A DNA stretch of 64,000 nt from Mobula hypostoma (Eukaryota): assembly GCF_963921235.1 (NCBI RefSeq), contig NC_086097.1:245398001-245462000 (forward strand), in the 5' to 3' direction. Positions 24,935-36,819 of this stretch are shown piece after piece (within the stretch, counting starts at the first letter, position 1; each line of letters begins with the position of its first letter). Below the pieces are notes generated by a model. That model was given only the letters and a program-made list of their open reading frames with translations. It was not told the DNA's origin and did no database searches. Both the position numbers and the translations under genes were made by a program.

Positions 24935-25682
24935 ATCTTCCAGTGGCCACACATTTTAATTCCACATCCCATTCCCGTTCTGACATGTCTATCCACGGCC
25001 TCCTCTACTGTAAAGATGAAGCCACACTCAGGTTGGAGGAACAACACCTTATATTCCGTCTGGGTAGCCTCCAGCCTGATGGCATGAACATTGACTTCTC
25101 TAACTTCCGCTAATGCCCCACCTCCCCCTCGTACCCCATCCGTTATTTATTTATATACACACATTCTTTCTCTCACTCTCCTTTTTCTCCCTCTGTCCCT
25201 CTGACTATACCCCTTGCCCATCCTCTGAGTTCCCCCCCCCTTGTCTTTCTCCCTGGACATCCTGTCCCATGATCCTCTCATATCCCCTTTGCCAATCACC
25301 TGTCCAGCTCTTGGCTCCATCCCTCCCCCTCCTGTCTTCTCCTATCATTTTGGATCTCCCCCTCCCCCTCCCACTTTCAAATCTTACTAACTCTTCCTTC
25401 AGTTAGTCCTGACGATACCTCTTCCTAGAGATTCTGCCTGGCCTGCTGCATTCACCAGCTATTTTGATGAATTCGGTATAATGTCTGTTCTTGTACCCTT
25501 ATTCAGCAGAACAGCACTAACCTGATTCCTAACTTCCCTCTTTGTCTCCAAAACCATCTCTGCGAAAAAAGACAACCAAGTCTGTGCCATGACCTCAACA
25601 GAGACCGCAGATGAAATTACTTGAATTGGCTTTATTACTTACATCCTTCATATACATGAGGGGTAAAAATCTTTACGTTACG

Positions 25683-26552
25683 TCAGCAGGCCAGGCGGAA
25701 TCTGATGTCACCAGACCCTCTGATTTTCCCCAGCAGAGGAACTCAGCAGGTCAGGCAGAACGTGATGTCACCAGACCCTCTGATTTTCCCCAGCAGAGGA
25801 ACTCAGCAGGCCAGGCGGAATCTGATGTCACCAGACCCTCTGATTTTCCCCAGCAGAGGAACTCAGCAGGTCAGGCAGAACCTGATGCCACCAGACCCTC
25901 TGATTTTCCCCAGCAGAGGAACTCAGCAGGTCAGGCAGAACCTGATGTCACCAGACCCTCTGATTTTCCCCAGCAGAGGAACTCAGCAGGTCAGGCAGAA
26001 CCTGATGTCACCAGACCCTCTGATTTTCCCCAGCAGAGGAACTCAGCAGGTCAGGCAGAACCTGATGTCACCAGACCCTCTGATTTTCCCCAGCAGAGGA
26101 ACTCAGCAGGTCAGGCAGAACCTGATGTCACCAGACCCTCTGATTTTCCCCAGCAGAGGAACTCAGCAGGTCAGGCAGAACCTGATGTCACCAGACCCTC
26201 TGATTTTCCCCAGCAGAGGAACTCAGCAGGTCAGGCAGAACCTGATGTCACCAGACCCTCTGATTTTCCCCAGCAGAGGAACTCAGCAGGTCAGGCAGAA
26301 CCTGATGTCACCAGACCCTCTGATTTTCCCCAGCAGAGGAACTCAGCAGGTCAGGCGGAACCTGATGTCACCAGACCCTCTGATTTTCCCCAGCAGAGGA
26401 ACTCAGCAGGTCAGGCGGAACCTGATGTCACCAGACCCTCTGATTTTCCCCAGCAGAGGAACTCAGCAGGCCAGGCGGAATCTGATGTCACCAGACCCTC
26501 TGATTTTCCCCAGCAGAGGAACTCAGCAGGTCAGGCAGAACCTGATGTCACC
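25683..26552. repeat. 60-bp minisatellite, ~14.5 copies
   Basis: Unit actcagcaggtcaggcagaacctgatgtcaccagaccctctgattttccccagcagagga; units 5-11 are identical, variants occur in units 1-4 and 12-14. Confidence 0.98.
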
Positions 26553-28108
26553 GGGCTCAGCACCATTTTGACAAAGATTACAGATGCTCTAATCAAGAGC
26601 AAAAAGTCAAACTGCTGGGGAGCATCAGAGGGTCTGGTGGCATCAGATTCTGTCCGATCTGCTGAGTTATACGGGCAGTTTGTTGTTGTTATCATCAATA
26701 TGATGAATCATCTCTGGACTTTGCTGTGCGGATAAAGACGAGGCCAAAAATATTTATCAGTATTTATATACAAGTAGGACATCAGTTTTGGGTGACTGCT
26801 CATGTGCAGTTTGGAAATTACTACTGCTGTTCATGATCAGGGACCTTGAGAGAGGACTGGGTGTCACATTTCCCAACAGGAAGGCGTGCAGTATTCAATC
26901 TTCTGTCACCTCGGTCACCACCAAATTGTGATGTGGCTGGACGTATACTCGGACTCATTTATCTATCACACGTACATCTAAAACATCCAGCGAAATGTGT
27001 CATTTACTTAACAAGCAACTCAACCGGCCGCTGCCCAGGATGGTAGAAGGCTGTAGGGGTTTGGAAACTGATCCCGCCCCATCACGGGCAAGCCCAGCCT
27101 CCCCAGCCCCCTCAACACTGTGCCATCCTTCATGAAGGACCCCCATCACCCAGAACACAATCTCTTCTTATTACTACCATCAGAGAGGAGATACACGAGC
27201 CTGAAAACACACACTCAATGTTTTAGGAACAGCTTCTTCCCCTCTGCCATCAGATTGCTGAAGGAACATTGAACCCATGAACGTGACCTCGCTATTTTTG
27301 CTCTCTTTCCTGCTCTACTCGTTTTACTTAATTTAAAAAAAACTTATTTCTTGTTGTAATTTGTAGTATTTTAATATAAATATTGCACTGGACTGTCATA
27401 AAACATCAAATTTCATGACCCACGTCAGTGATATTAAACCTTTTTCTGATTCTGAACCTAAGGATGTGCCAGGGGGCCGCCCGTAAATATGGTCACACAT
27501 TCTGGCGCCAACACAGCATGCCCACCATGTTCAGCAGAACAACACCAGCAACAACAACACACACCAATCAACAACAGTAAAAGAGGCCCCTTTTGCACCC
27601 ACCCACACACACAGACAGGCCCTATTCCCAGGCAGGCCACCTTTGGGCCTCCAACCTCCTGTCTTTGGCCCTGGGCTTTCAAACTCACAGGCGCCGGGCC
27701 TCCAGCCTCCAGTGCCTGGCCTGGACTTACAGACTCGCAGACCTCCAGGCATGGCCAACTCAGAGGCTTTGAGCTTCTGGCCTAGACCTCCAGACTTGGC
27801 AACTTCACTCACCTCAACACTGAACTGATCCCACAACCTATCGACTCACCTACAAGGACTCATGTTCATAGTATTATTTATTTATTTGGACGGTTTGTCT
27901 TCTTTCGCACATTGCTTGTCTGTCAGTCTTTGTGTGTAGTTTTTCATGGATTCTGTTGTATTTCTTTTTTTTACTGTGAATGCCTGCAAGAAAATGAATC
28001 TCAGGGTTGTTTATGGTGACATACTGTATCTATACTTTAAAAATAAATTTACTTTGAACTTTTGGGCTTTGGACAGTGACTAAGCTGTCAGTGCAGGATG
28101 TTTTGGGG

Positions 28109-28188
28109 CAAGGGTTTCCAGCCTGGGTCTCATGGGGCCCTCGATTGATGGTAGGGATCCATAGCATAAAGAAGTTTGGGAACCCCTG
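28109..28188. mobile_element. 80-bp hAT (Charlie-like) MITE, degenerate
   Basis: TIRs caagggtttcca / tgggaacccctg; homologous to the copies at 44231 and 50866. Confidence 0.7.
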
Positions 28189-29299
28189 TTCTAGGCATGA
28201 ACGCCAGGACAGTGCCCAGTTAATCAGTCTTTAGTTAGTTCATTGAGGTTAATAATGGCTTGGACCATCTGGGGGATTCCAAAAGTCGTGTGGTAGGATG
28301 TCTTGCATCAATTTGAGAAGACAGATGTGGAACTGTTTAGAATGTCAACTGGGAGAATGGTATTTCATGAAAGGACTAACTCTTTTTAATATTTGCAGGA
28401 TTTGTCCTCTTTTGCACAATGGATGTTTGTCAGAATTTGTAGAATAGTTTCTCATAAATTCTATTGTTTTTTTTTACTTTCTTGCAAATGCCTGCAAGAA
28501 AATGAATCTCAGGGTACTGAATCTCAAGGTGACATGTATGTACTTTGATAATAAATTTACTTTGAACTTTGAGGAGGAACCTTGAACTATGGCCTTCCCT
28601 CGCTAATCAGCCAGAGCTTCAACCAAAATTTCAGATCAACTTTCTTTAGCTACTAGAAGATGGTGAATCTGTGGAATTCATTGTCACGGATGGCTGTGGA
28701 GGCCAAGTTATTGGGGTATTTTTAAAGTCATACTTAACGTGGAGGTTGATAGATTCTTGATTAGAAAGGGTGTCAAAGTTTATGGGGAGAAGGCAGGAGA
28801 ATGAGGTTGAGATGGATAATAGATCAGCCAGGATGGAATGGCAGAACAGACTAGATGGATGAATGGCCTGATTCTGCTTCTATGTCTTATAGTCTATGGT
28901 CTTAAGTCACAGCATGGGTCTTGGACCCATGACTTGATGTCGAGGCCAGGAGGAGCGGGTGGGGTAGAACCTGAGACTTGCAAAACAGGTTCATGTGGGC
29001 TAATTAACAATTCTCCTCAAGTGGCATTGACTAATGAAAGGTTTTAAAATTGTTTGACCTATCACCTTATTTCTCTACTGATTGACCGTGAAAAGTATAT
29101 GATATTGCTCAATGGCATGTAACTAGAAACACTGGGTTCCTGGACATTGTTTTAACCAAGTATTCAAAGCCTTCTGTCAGTTTCAGAACAAAATCATAAA
29201 ACATGGATTTATTATTTTTAATTTTCATTTATTGACATACAGCGCAGAATAGGCCCTTCCAGCCCTTTGAGCTGCGCCACCCAGCAATCTCCTGATTTA

Positions 29300-29660
29300 G
29301 TTCGTAAGTTTGCTGATGACTCAAAAGTTGGGGGTGTTGTGGATAGTCTGGAGGGTTGTCAGAGATTACAGCGTGACATTGATAGGATGCAGAACTGGGC
29401 TGAGAAGTGGCAAATGGAGTTCAACTCAGATAAGTGTGAAGTGGTTCATTTCAGTAGGTCAAGTTTGAAGACAGAATATAATATCAATGGTAAGACACGG
29501 CAGTGTGGAGGATCAGTGAGATCTTGCGGACCGTGTCTATAGGACACTCAAAGCTGCAGCGCAGGTTGACAGTGTTGTTAAGAAGGCATATGGTGTGTTG
29601 GCCTTCATCAACCATGGGATTGAGTTCAAGAGCCATGTGGTAATGTTACAGCTATAGAAC
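29300..29660 (+). mobile_element. CR1 RT fragment
   Basis: KFADDSKVGG..LQRDIDRMQNWAEKWQMEFN. Confidence 0.85.
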
Positions 29661-30301
29661 CATCTTTCGCATCGCTTTGGTGAGTGTCCACATCTCGCAT
29701 CCGTACGTGAGAATGGACTCTATGACTGCTATGAAAATCCTCTTTTTAAGCCCTCTGGTCAGGTTCAACTTCCAGATTTCCTTCATGTCGTTCATAGCCC
29801 TCCACGCCAGCACCTTCCGTATCTTTATGTCCTTCTCCGAACTCATCATTCTTGACCCGAGGTACTTGTAGTCAAAGACTTTCTTAATGGTATCATTCTC
29901 TACGGTCTTGAGAGTACCTCTAGATGGCTGCTATACACGAATGCTCCAGATGGCACTTGACGTGCGTTGGTAACAGCACATGTCGAATGTTGAGCTCTAT
30001 AACAGCCTACCGATGCTCACCACTAAAATCGAGGTGAGAAGACTGCAACTAGTGGGGCACTGTCTACACCACACTGAGCTACCTGCCAGCCTAGTCATCA
30101 TATGGGAGCCCAAGCACGGGAGGATGAACCCTGGGTGCCCTCCCAAGACTATGGTCAACACGCTCCGAGAAGACAGCGGCGCGGCTAATGTAGATGAACT
30201 GAACACACTGATGAGGGAGAGGGAGAAGTGGAGAGTCCGTCATTGTGCCTGACGCCGGCCCCCCCAGGACTGAGTCGACATTGTAGTAGTAGTAGTAGTA
30301 G
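29661..30301. mobile_element. RTE-clade LINE 3' fragment with 5' inversion
   Basis: 29661-29917 (-) encodes KYLGS..IESILTYGCEMWTLTKAMRK; 29918-30301 (+) continues LDGCYTRML..GHCL..WEPKHG and ends in (tag)n. Confidence 0.88.
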
Positions 30302-31317
30302 ATCACTGCAAACAATGGAGATGCAAGTAAAGCAAAGCTGAGTTGAGGGTCGAAGAATGAGGGTGCAAGATGAGGTCAAAGCAAAGCCAGGGCGAGTGAA
30401 GTGGAGCAAAATTGGAGTGGAGGAGAGGCAGATTCAAGGCCTGTCCATCTAAACTGAGAGTGAGGTCTGATCAATCTAAGTTGCAGGCCGTTTTGGAAAG
30501 GTTGGGTATGGCCATAACATGGCAGTGGGGTTCTGGCCCAGAGCATATCGATGCAACAGGGCCTGGGTCCTGGTGCGAGGAATGACCCAATGTTCGGATA
30601 ATCTAAACACAGGGCCAGATGGATTGAAAAGGCAGGATTGTGGGACAAGAGGTGTGTGTCGGAAATATTTCACTCACTGCTCGGCAATGTTTATTTGGTC
30701 CTGCGCTGAACTGAGGCTGAGGCTGTGGTCTTCTTCAGCTGCTCTGCGCTTCGTGTCTATGGACTCACTTTTGTTCTCAATGCTATTTGCTTACTTCTGT
30801 TGTTTGCACAATTTGTTTTTTTTCCCTCTCTGCACATTGGGTGTTGGCAGTCTTCTTTTTAAAGGGTTCTTTTGGGTTTCTTTGTTTTGTGACTGCCTGT
30901 AAGGAGACAAATCTCAGGTCTGTATAATGTATACATACCTGTGATAATAAATGCACTTTGGATTTTAAGTTTGCAGATTATACGAAGATTGGTGTGCTGA
31001 GGATAGCAATGCAACCAGTTGGGATACCCTCCATTGTCCCTCTATAGAAGTGTGTCAAAGTTTAAGATAGTATGCCAAATCTGCACAAACTTCTAAGAAA
31101 GTAGAGGTGCTACCATGCCTTCTTTGATAACACCCTTATGTCACCACCTTTGATTCAGCCAACTGCAGCGGTATCGTCAGCAAACTTAAAAATGGCATTG
31201 CAGCGGTATTTAGCCTCTCAGTCATAAGGGTAAAGAGAGTAAAACAAGGGTCTAAATTTACAGCCTTGTATTGCATGGGGAGTTGCTGCTGCCAATCCAA
31301 ACTGACTGGGGTCTCAG

Positions 31318-31665
31318 TTGACACTGAGTCCATCCGTCCGAAAACTCCGAGCTTCCGACCAGCCTCTCCAATACAGCCTCTTGAGCTCCATCCTCTGCTG
31401 AGTGCCTTCGACCTCGCCCCGGCCGCTGAAACACACAAAGCCGAGGATTTTGGGGCCTTCTGCTCCGGAGATTCTGGTTACCACACAGTAGCAGCGGCAG
31501 CGAAGCGGGCATTTCATAATTTTCCAGATGTTCCTCTGAACTCTCACGTCCGTCTCCATCAAATCAGAATTGTGCACGGTCCCCTACTTGACAGATAACA
31601 GACATCACCACAAAAGTGTCCGTGCGCGCTGCCGTCGCGCCGCCATCTTCTCCCTCCTCTCTCTC
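31318..31665 (-). mobile_element. GC-rich 5' UTR-like retroelement fragment abutting a Rex/Babar RT remnant (~31030-31317)
   Basis: Minus strand starts gagagagaggagggagaagatggcggcgcg and is CpG-rich relative to the window; the adjacent remnant reads IFKFADDT. Confidence 0.45.
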
Positions 31666-32854
31666 AGACAGTGCAGAGGAGATTTACAAGGATGTTGCCT
31701 GGATTGGGGAGCATGCCTTATGAGAATAGGTTGAGTGAACTTGGCCTTTTCTCCTTGGAGCAACAGAGGATGAGAGGTGACCTGATAGAGGTGTATAAGA
31801 TAATGAGAGGCATTGATCATGTGGATAGTCAGAGGCTTTTTCCCAGGGCTGAAATGGCTAACACGAGGGAGCCATTTATGAAGGCCAGTGGAATAAAAGC
31901 TTTCTTTATGATCCTTATTGTGACGCCACTTTCAATGAATTATGGACCTGTATTCCCAAATCCCTTTGTTCTCCGTGCCCAACCGTTCACTATGTAAGAT
32001 CTACCTTGGTTGGTCCTACTGAGGTGCATTTATACAAACTAGAATGCGTAATCAACAACATATTTACAAGATTAGTCAAATATTATGGATCCCCATCATC
32101 CAGGACCTGCTTTCTTGTTGCTGCTGTCATCAGGAAAAGGTACAGGAGCCTCAGGAATCACACTGCCAGGTTCAGGAACAGTTATTACTCTTCAACCAGC
32201 AGGCTCTTGAGCCAAACTTCACTTGCCCCATCATTGCTATGTTCCCACAACCTATGGACTCACTTTCAAGGACTCTTCATCTCATGTTCGCGATACTTAT
32301 TGCTTATTTATTTTTTATTATTATTCCTTTTTTAACTTGAACGGTTTGCTGCCTTTTGCACACTTGTTGAGCGCCCCAAGTGATGGAGTCTTTCATTGAT
32401 TATGTTATGGATTTACTGAGTATGCCCACAAGAAAATGAATCTCGGTTATATATGGTGACATATATAAACTTTGATAGTAAATTTACTTCAAACTTTTGA
32501 TCTTTGTAGTATTAAATACAGAATAGAGGGAACTATAGAGAGCCAGGTGAGGAAAAGAAAAATCACCTGTTCAGCCCTTTACCTCTTCCACCAATCACCT
32601 CCCAGCTTCTCTCTTCATCCCCCTCCCCCATTCACTTACCTTCCCCACCACCAATCACCTTCCAGCTTGTACTCCTTCTCCTCCCCTCACCTTCTTATTT
32701 TGACTTCTTTGCCCTTCCCTTCCAGTCTGCATGAAGGGTCTTGGCCTGAAATATAGACAATCTCCATCGATGCTGCCTTTCTTGCACTTTGTGCGTGTTG
32801 GTCTGGATTTCCAACATCTGTGGAATCTCTTCTGTTTGTGATTTGAAGCACTAG

Positions 32855-33370
32855 AAAGAGTTACAGTTTATTGTTGATGACAGCTTTGTTGAGAGTACAC
32901 TGACTGGAGAGTAATGTGCTAGATTGGATTTTCCATTCCAGATGAAGGGTCTCAGCCCAAAACGCGACTTGTTTATTCATTTCCCTCAAAGCTGCCTGAC
33001 CTGCTGTACTCCTCCAGCATTTTGTACCTGTCACTCGACATTGGATTTGTGCTGCTTTTTGTGAGCTCAATATATCTGGCCAATTTTCCATGTTACTGAA
33101 TAGAGGCCTATGTTGTACATGTACTGGTACAACTTGGCTTGAGGTGCAGTTAGTTCAGGAATGCAGGATGTTAGTACCACAGCTGGAATGCGGTCTGGTC
33201 CCTAGGCCTTTCCCGTTCCCAGTGTCCACAGCTGTTCCTTATCATCTCAGGGAGTGAATGGACCTGATGGGAGACTGGCTTCTGTGATGGTGAGAACGTC
33301 AGGAGGAAGCTGACAAGAATCACCTGTTCAGTACTTCTGGCTGAGTGGTTGTGATCTTCTCAGTCTTGAC
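32855..33370 (-). mobile_element. Ancient CR1-like ORF2 remnant interrupted by a PLE mini-element (32932-33039)
   Basis: Minus-strand peptides VLTSCIPELTAPQAKLYQY and KSNLAHYSPVS; the insert is flanked by attggattt at 32923-32931 and 33040-33048. Confidence 0.6.
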
Positions 33371-33720
33371 TTTAGCACTCAGGATCGGGGTTTATTATCA
33401 GCACAGTAGTGTTGAACAAAGTCACTGCACCGATACTGAAGCTAGTGGATACAGAAGTGTTTTATTCAACAAAATGAGACCCTCTTGGAGGAGTAGTCCT
33501 GTTCAGCCTATTATTTCATGACATTTTAGATGCTAAGGATCAAAGGTAACTACAGGACAACTATAGTTACAATGTACCTACAGTGTTTCCTTTGGATTAC
33601 ATATAATTTTCACACACCTTCTTAGTCACACCCAGACTCCAGACACCCAAAATGAATATTGATCAGCATTGTCTGGTTTTCACTCAACTCCTGGTGTCCT
33701 CCCAGAGTCCAAAGACATAC

Positions 33721-36449
33721 ATAAGACCATAAGATATAGGAGCAGAAGTAGGCCATTGGCCCTTTGAGTCTGCTCCACTATTAAATCATGGGCTGATCCA
33801 ATTCTTCCAGTCATCCCCATTCCCCTGCTTTCACCCCATACCCTTTGATGCCCTGGCTAATCAAGAACCTATCTATCTCTGCCTTAAATACACCCAATGA
33901 CTTGGCCTCCACAGCTGCTCGTGGCAACAAGTTCCACTGATTTACCACCCTCTGACTAAAGTAATTTCTCCGCATCTCAGTTCTAAATGGACGTCCTTCA
34001 ATCCTGAAGTTGTGCTCTCTTGTCCTAGAATCCCCTACCATGGGAAATAACTTTGCCATATCTAATCTGTTCAGTTCTTTTAACATTCGGAATGTTTCAA
34101 TGAGATCCCCCCTCATTCTCCTGAACTCCGGGGAACTCCCAAGAGCTGTCAAGAGATTCCTGGAATCATTCTTGTGAATCTTCTCTGAACCCTCTCCAAT
34201 GTCAGTGTATCCTTTCTAAAATAAGGAGCCTAAAACTGCACACAATACTCCAAGTGTGGTCTCACAAGTGCCTTATAGAGCCTCAACATCACATCCCTGT
34301 TCTTATATTCTATACCTCTAGAAATGAATGCCAACATTGCATTCACCTTCTTCACAACTGACTCAACCTGGAGGGTTAACCTTTAGGGTATCTTGCACAA
34401 GGACTCCCAAGTCCCTATGCATTTCTGCATTTTGAATTCTCTTCCCATTTAAATAATAGTCTGCCTGTTTATCTCTTCCACCAAAGTGCATGACCATACA
34501 CTTTACAACATTGTATTTCATTTGCCACTTCTTTGCCCAGTCTCTCTGCAGGCTCTCTGTTTCCTCAACACTACCCACTCCTCCACCTATCTTTGTATCA
34601 TCAGCAAATTTAGCCACAAATCCACCAATACCGTAGTCCAAATCATTGACATGCATCGTAAAAAGCAGCGGTTCCTACACCGACCCCTGTGGAACTCCAC
34701 TGGTAACTGGCAGCCAACCAGAATAGGATCCCTTTATTCCCATAGAACCATAGAAACTACAGCACAGAAACAGGCCTTTTGGCCCTTCTTGGCTGTGCCG
34801 AACCATTTTCTGCCTAGTCTCACTGACCTGCACACGGACCATATCCCTCCATACACCTCCCATCCATGTATCTGTCCAATTTATTCTTAAATGTTAAAAA
34901 AGAACCCGCATTTACCACCTCGTCTGGCAGCTCATTCCATACTCCCACCACTCTCTGTGTGAAGAAGCCCCCCCCTAATGTTCCCTTTAAACTTTTCCCC
35001 CCTCACCCTTAACCCATGTCCTCTGGATTTTTTCTCCCCTTGCCTCAGTGGAAAAAGCCTGCTTGCATTCACTCTATCTATACCCATCATAATTTTATAT
35101 ACCTCTATCAAATCTCCCCTCATTCTTCTACGCTCCAGGGAATAAAGTCCTAACCTATTCAACCTTTCTCTGTAACTGAGTTTCTCAAGTCCCGGCAACA
35201 TCCTTGTAAACCTTCTCTGCACTCTTTCAACCTTATTTATATCCTTCCTGTAATTTGGTGACCAAAACTGAACACAATACTCCAGATTCAGCCTCACCAA
35301 TGCCTTATAGAACCTCATCATAACATTCCAGCTCTTATACTCAATACTTTGATTAATAGAGGCCAATGTACCAAAAGCTCTCTTTACGACCCTATCTACC
35401 TGTGACGACACTTTTAGGGAATTTTGTATCTGTATTCCCAGATCCCTCTGTTCCACTGCACTCCTCAGTGCCTTACCATTAACCCTGTATGTTCTACGTT
35501 GGTTTGTCCTTCCAACATGCAATACCTCACATTTGTCAGTATTAAACTTCATATTCCAGTATTCCAGTATTCTCAGTATTCTCCATAATACTCCAGTATT
35601 CCCACTCTCTGTTTTCTGCCGACCAGCCAATGCTCCACCCATGCTAGTAACTTCCCTGTAATTCCATGAGCTCTTATCTTGCTAAGCAGCCTCATGTGCG
35701 GCACCTTGTCTAAGGCCTTCTGAAAATCCAAGTACACCATGTCTACTGCATTTCCTTTGTCTACCCTGTTTGTAATTTCCTCAAAGAATTGCAGTAGGTT
35801 TGTCAGGCAGGATTTTCCTTTCAGGAAACTATGCTGGCTTTGGCCTATCTTGTCATGTGCCTCCAGGTTCTCTGTAATCTCATCCCTAATAATCGATGAT
35901 TTCAACATATTCCCAACCACTGGTGTCAGGTTAATAGGTCTATAGTTTCCTTTCTGCTGCCTCCTACCCTTCTTAAATAGCGGAGTAACATTTGCAGTTT
36001 TCCTGTCACCGGTACAATGCCAGAATCTATCGATTCTTGAAAGATCATCGTTAATGCCTCCACAATCTTTCCAGCTACTTCCTTCAGAACTCATCAGGTC
36101 TAGGAGATTTATCCACCCTCAGACCATTAAGCTTCCTGAGCACCTTCTCAGTCGTAATTTTCACTGCACAAATGTCACTTCCCTGACACTGTTGAATATC
36201 CGGCATACTGCAGATGTCTTCCACTGTGAAGACGGACACAAAATACGCATTCAATTCCTCTGCTATTTCTGCATCTCTCATTACAATATCTCCCAGCGTC
36301 ATTTTGTATTGGTCCTATATCTACCCTCAACTCTCTTTGACCCATTATATACGTAAAAAAATTTTTGGTATCTTCTTTGATATTAGTCACCAGCTTCCTT
36401 TCATAATTCATCTTTTCCTTCCTAATGACCTTCTGAGTTTCCTCCTGCA
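33721..36449 (-). mobile_element. Longest CR1 LINE remnant (ORF2 linker, RT and 3' tail), frameshifted
   Basis: ANVTPLFKKG, NYRPINLT, KSCLTNLLQFFE, YLDFQKALDKVPH, SGVPQGSV and KFADDTK. Confidence 0.93.
34743..35596 (-). mobile_element. Young CR1 copy nested in an older CR1
   Basis: 8-bp TSD tattccca at 34735-34742 and 35597-35604; near-identical to 42737-43601. Confidence 0.92.
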
Positions 36450-36711
36450 TATAGCAGCAGCTCGAATGACCCAACACTGCTTAGGGACTAAGCATTTGCA
36501 ATGGGTTGATCCTATATGATGTGCGCTCTCTAGTTCAATAAAAACAAGGTTCCAAAGTCAAAGAATACTTTTCATCTTTTATTAAGAAACTAGGTTGTAA
36601 CTAAACTCTTTGTTTGCACCGCACCCCAACCCACGCGACTAACTACCATAATCTACATACGGAACGTGCAACACAAAATACGATGCAGGTGGAAAATATC
36701 TGGCTCCTACA
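36450..36711. mobile_element. Possible solo LTR or small unclassified insert
   Basis: Ends tatagcagc / gctcctaca form an imperfect inverted pair; internal aataaa; flanks ctgca / atgca. Confidence 0.3.
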
Positions 36712-36819
36712 ATGCAGGTTAGTAGGTTAGTTGGTTACATTGGTGTAATTGGGCAGCGCAGACTTACTGGGCTGGAAGGGCATGTTACCGCCCTGTATCT
36801 CTCAGTGAGGAAACAATTA

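Larger units (their letters stand above)
23040..25468 (-). mobile_element. 5'-truncated Neptune-type Penelope-like retroelement with inverted pLTR arms
   Basis: RT motifs MDVQSLYT, QTKGVAMG, YIDD, FLDL, KPTDSHSYL and SQFLRLRRICS; Cys linker CKRNKCYTC; GIY-YIG VIYCIRCSRCGLLYIGET; 15-bp TSD gaatt(t/c)ggtataatg at 23025-23039 and 25469-25483. Confidence 0.93.

Noticed and set aside
23895..24986. 363-aa ORF as an intact reverse transcriptase gene
   Set aside because: The first ~18 codons come from the inverted arm, the RT is 5'-truncated, the C-terminus is frameshifted and the endonuclease has a stop.
22986..25406. Duplicated Pro/Leu/Ser-rich ORFs (22986..23468 and 25113..25406)
   Set aside because: Translations of the pyrimidine-rich pLTR in the two inverted arms.
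25683..26552. CRISPR array
   Set aside because: Units are contiguous near-identical 60-mers with no unique spacers, there are no cas genes, and the context is vertebrate.
25611..26735. 374-aa and 288-aa repeat-protein ORFs, the first with a hydrophobic signal-like N-terminus
   Set aside because: A 60-bp unit without stops stays open automatically; the N-terminus is antisense LINE-tail-like sequence and the unit derives from non-coding pLTR DNA.
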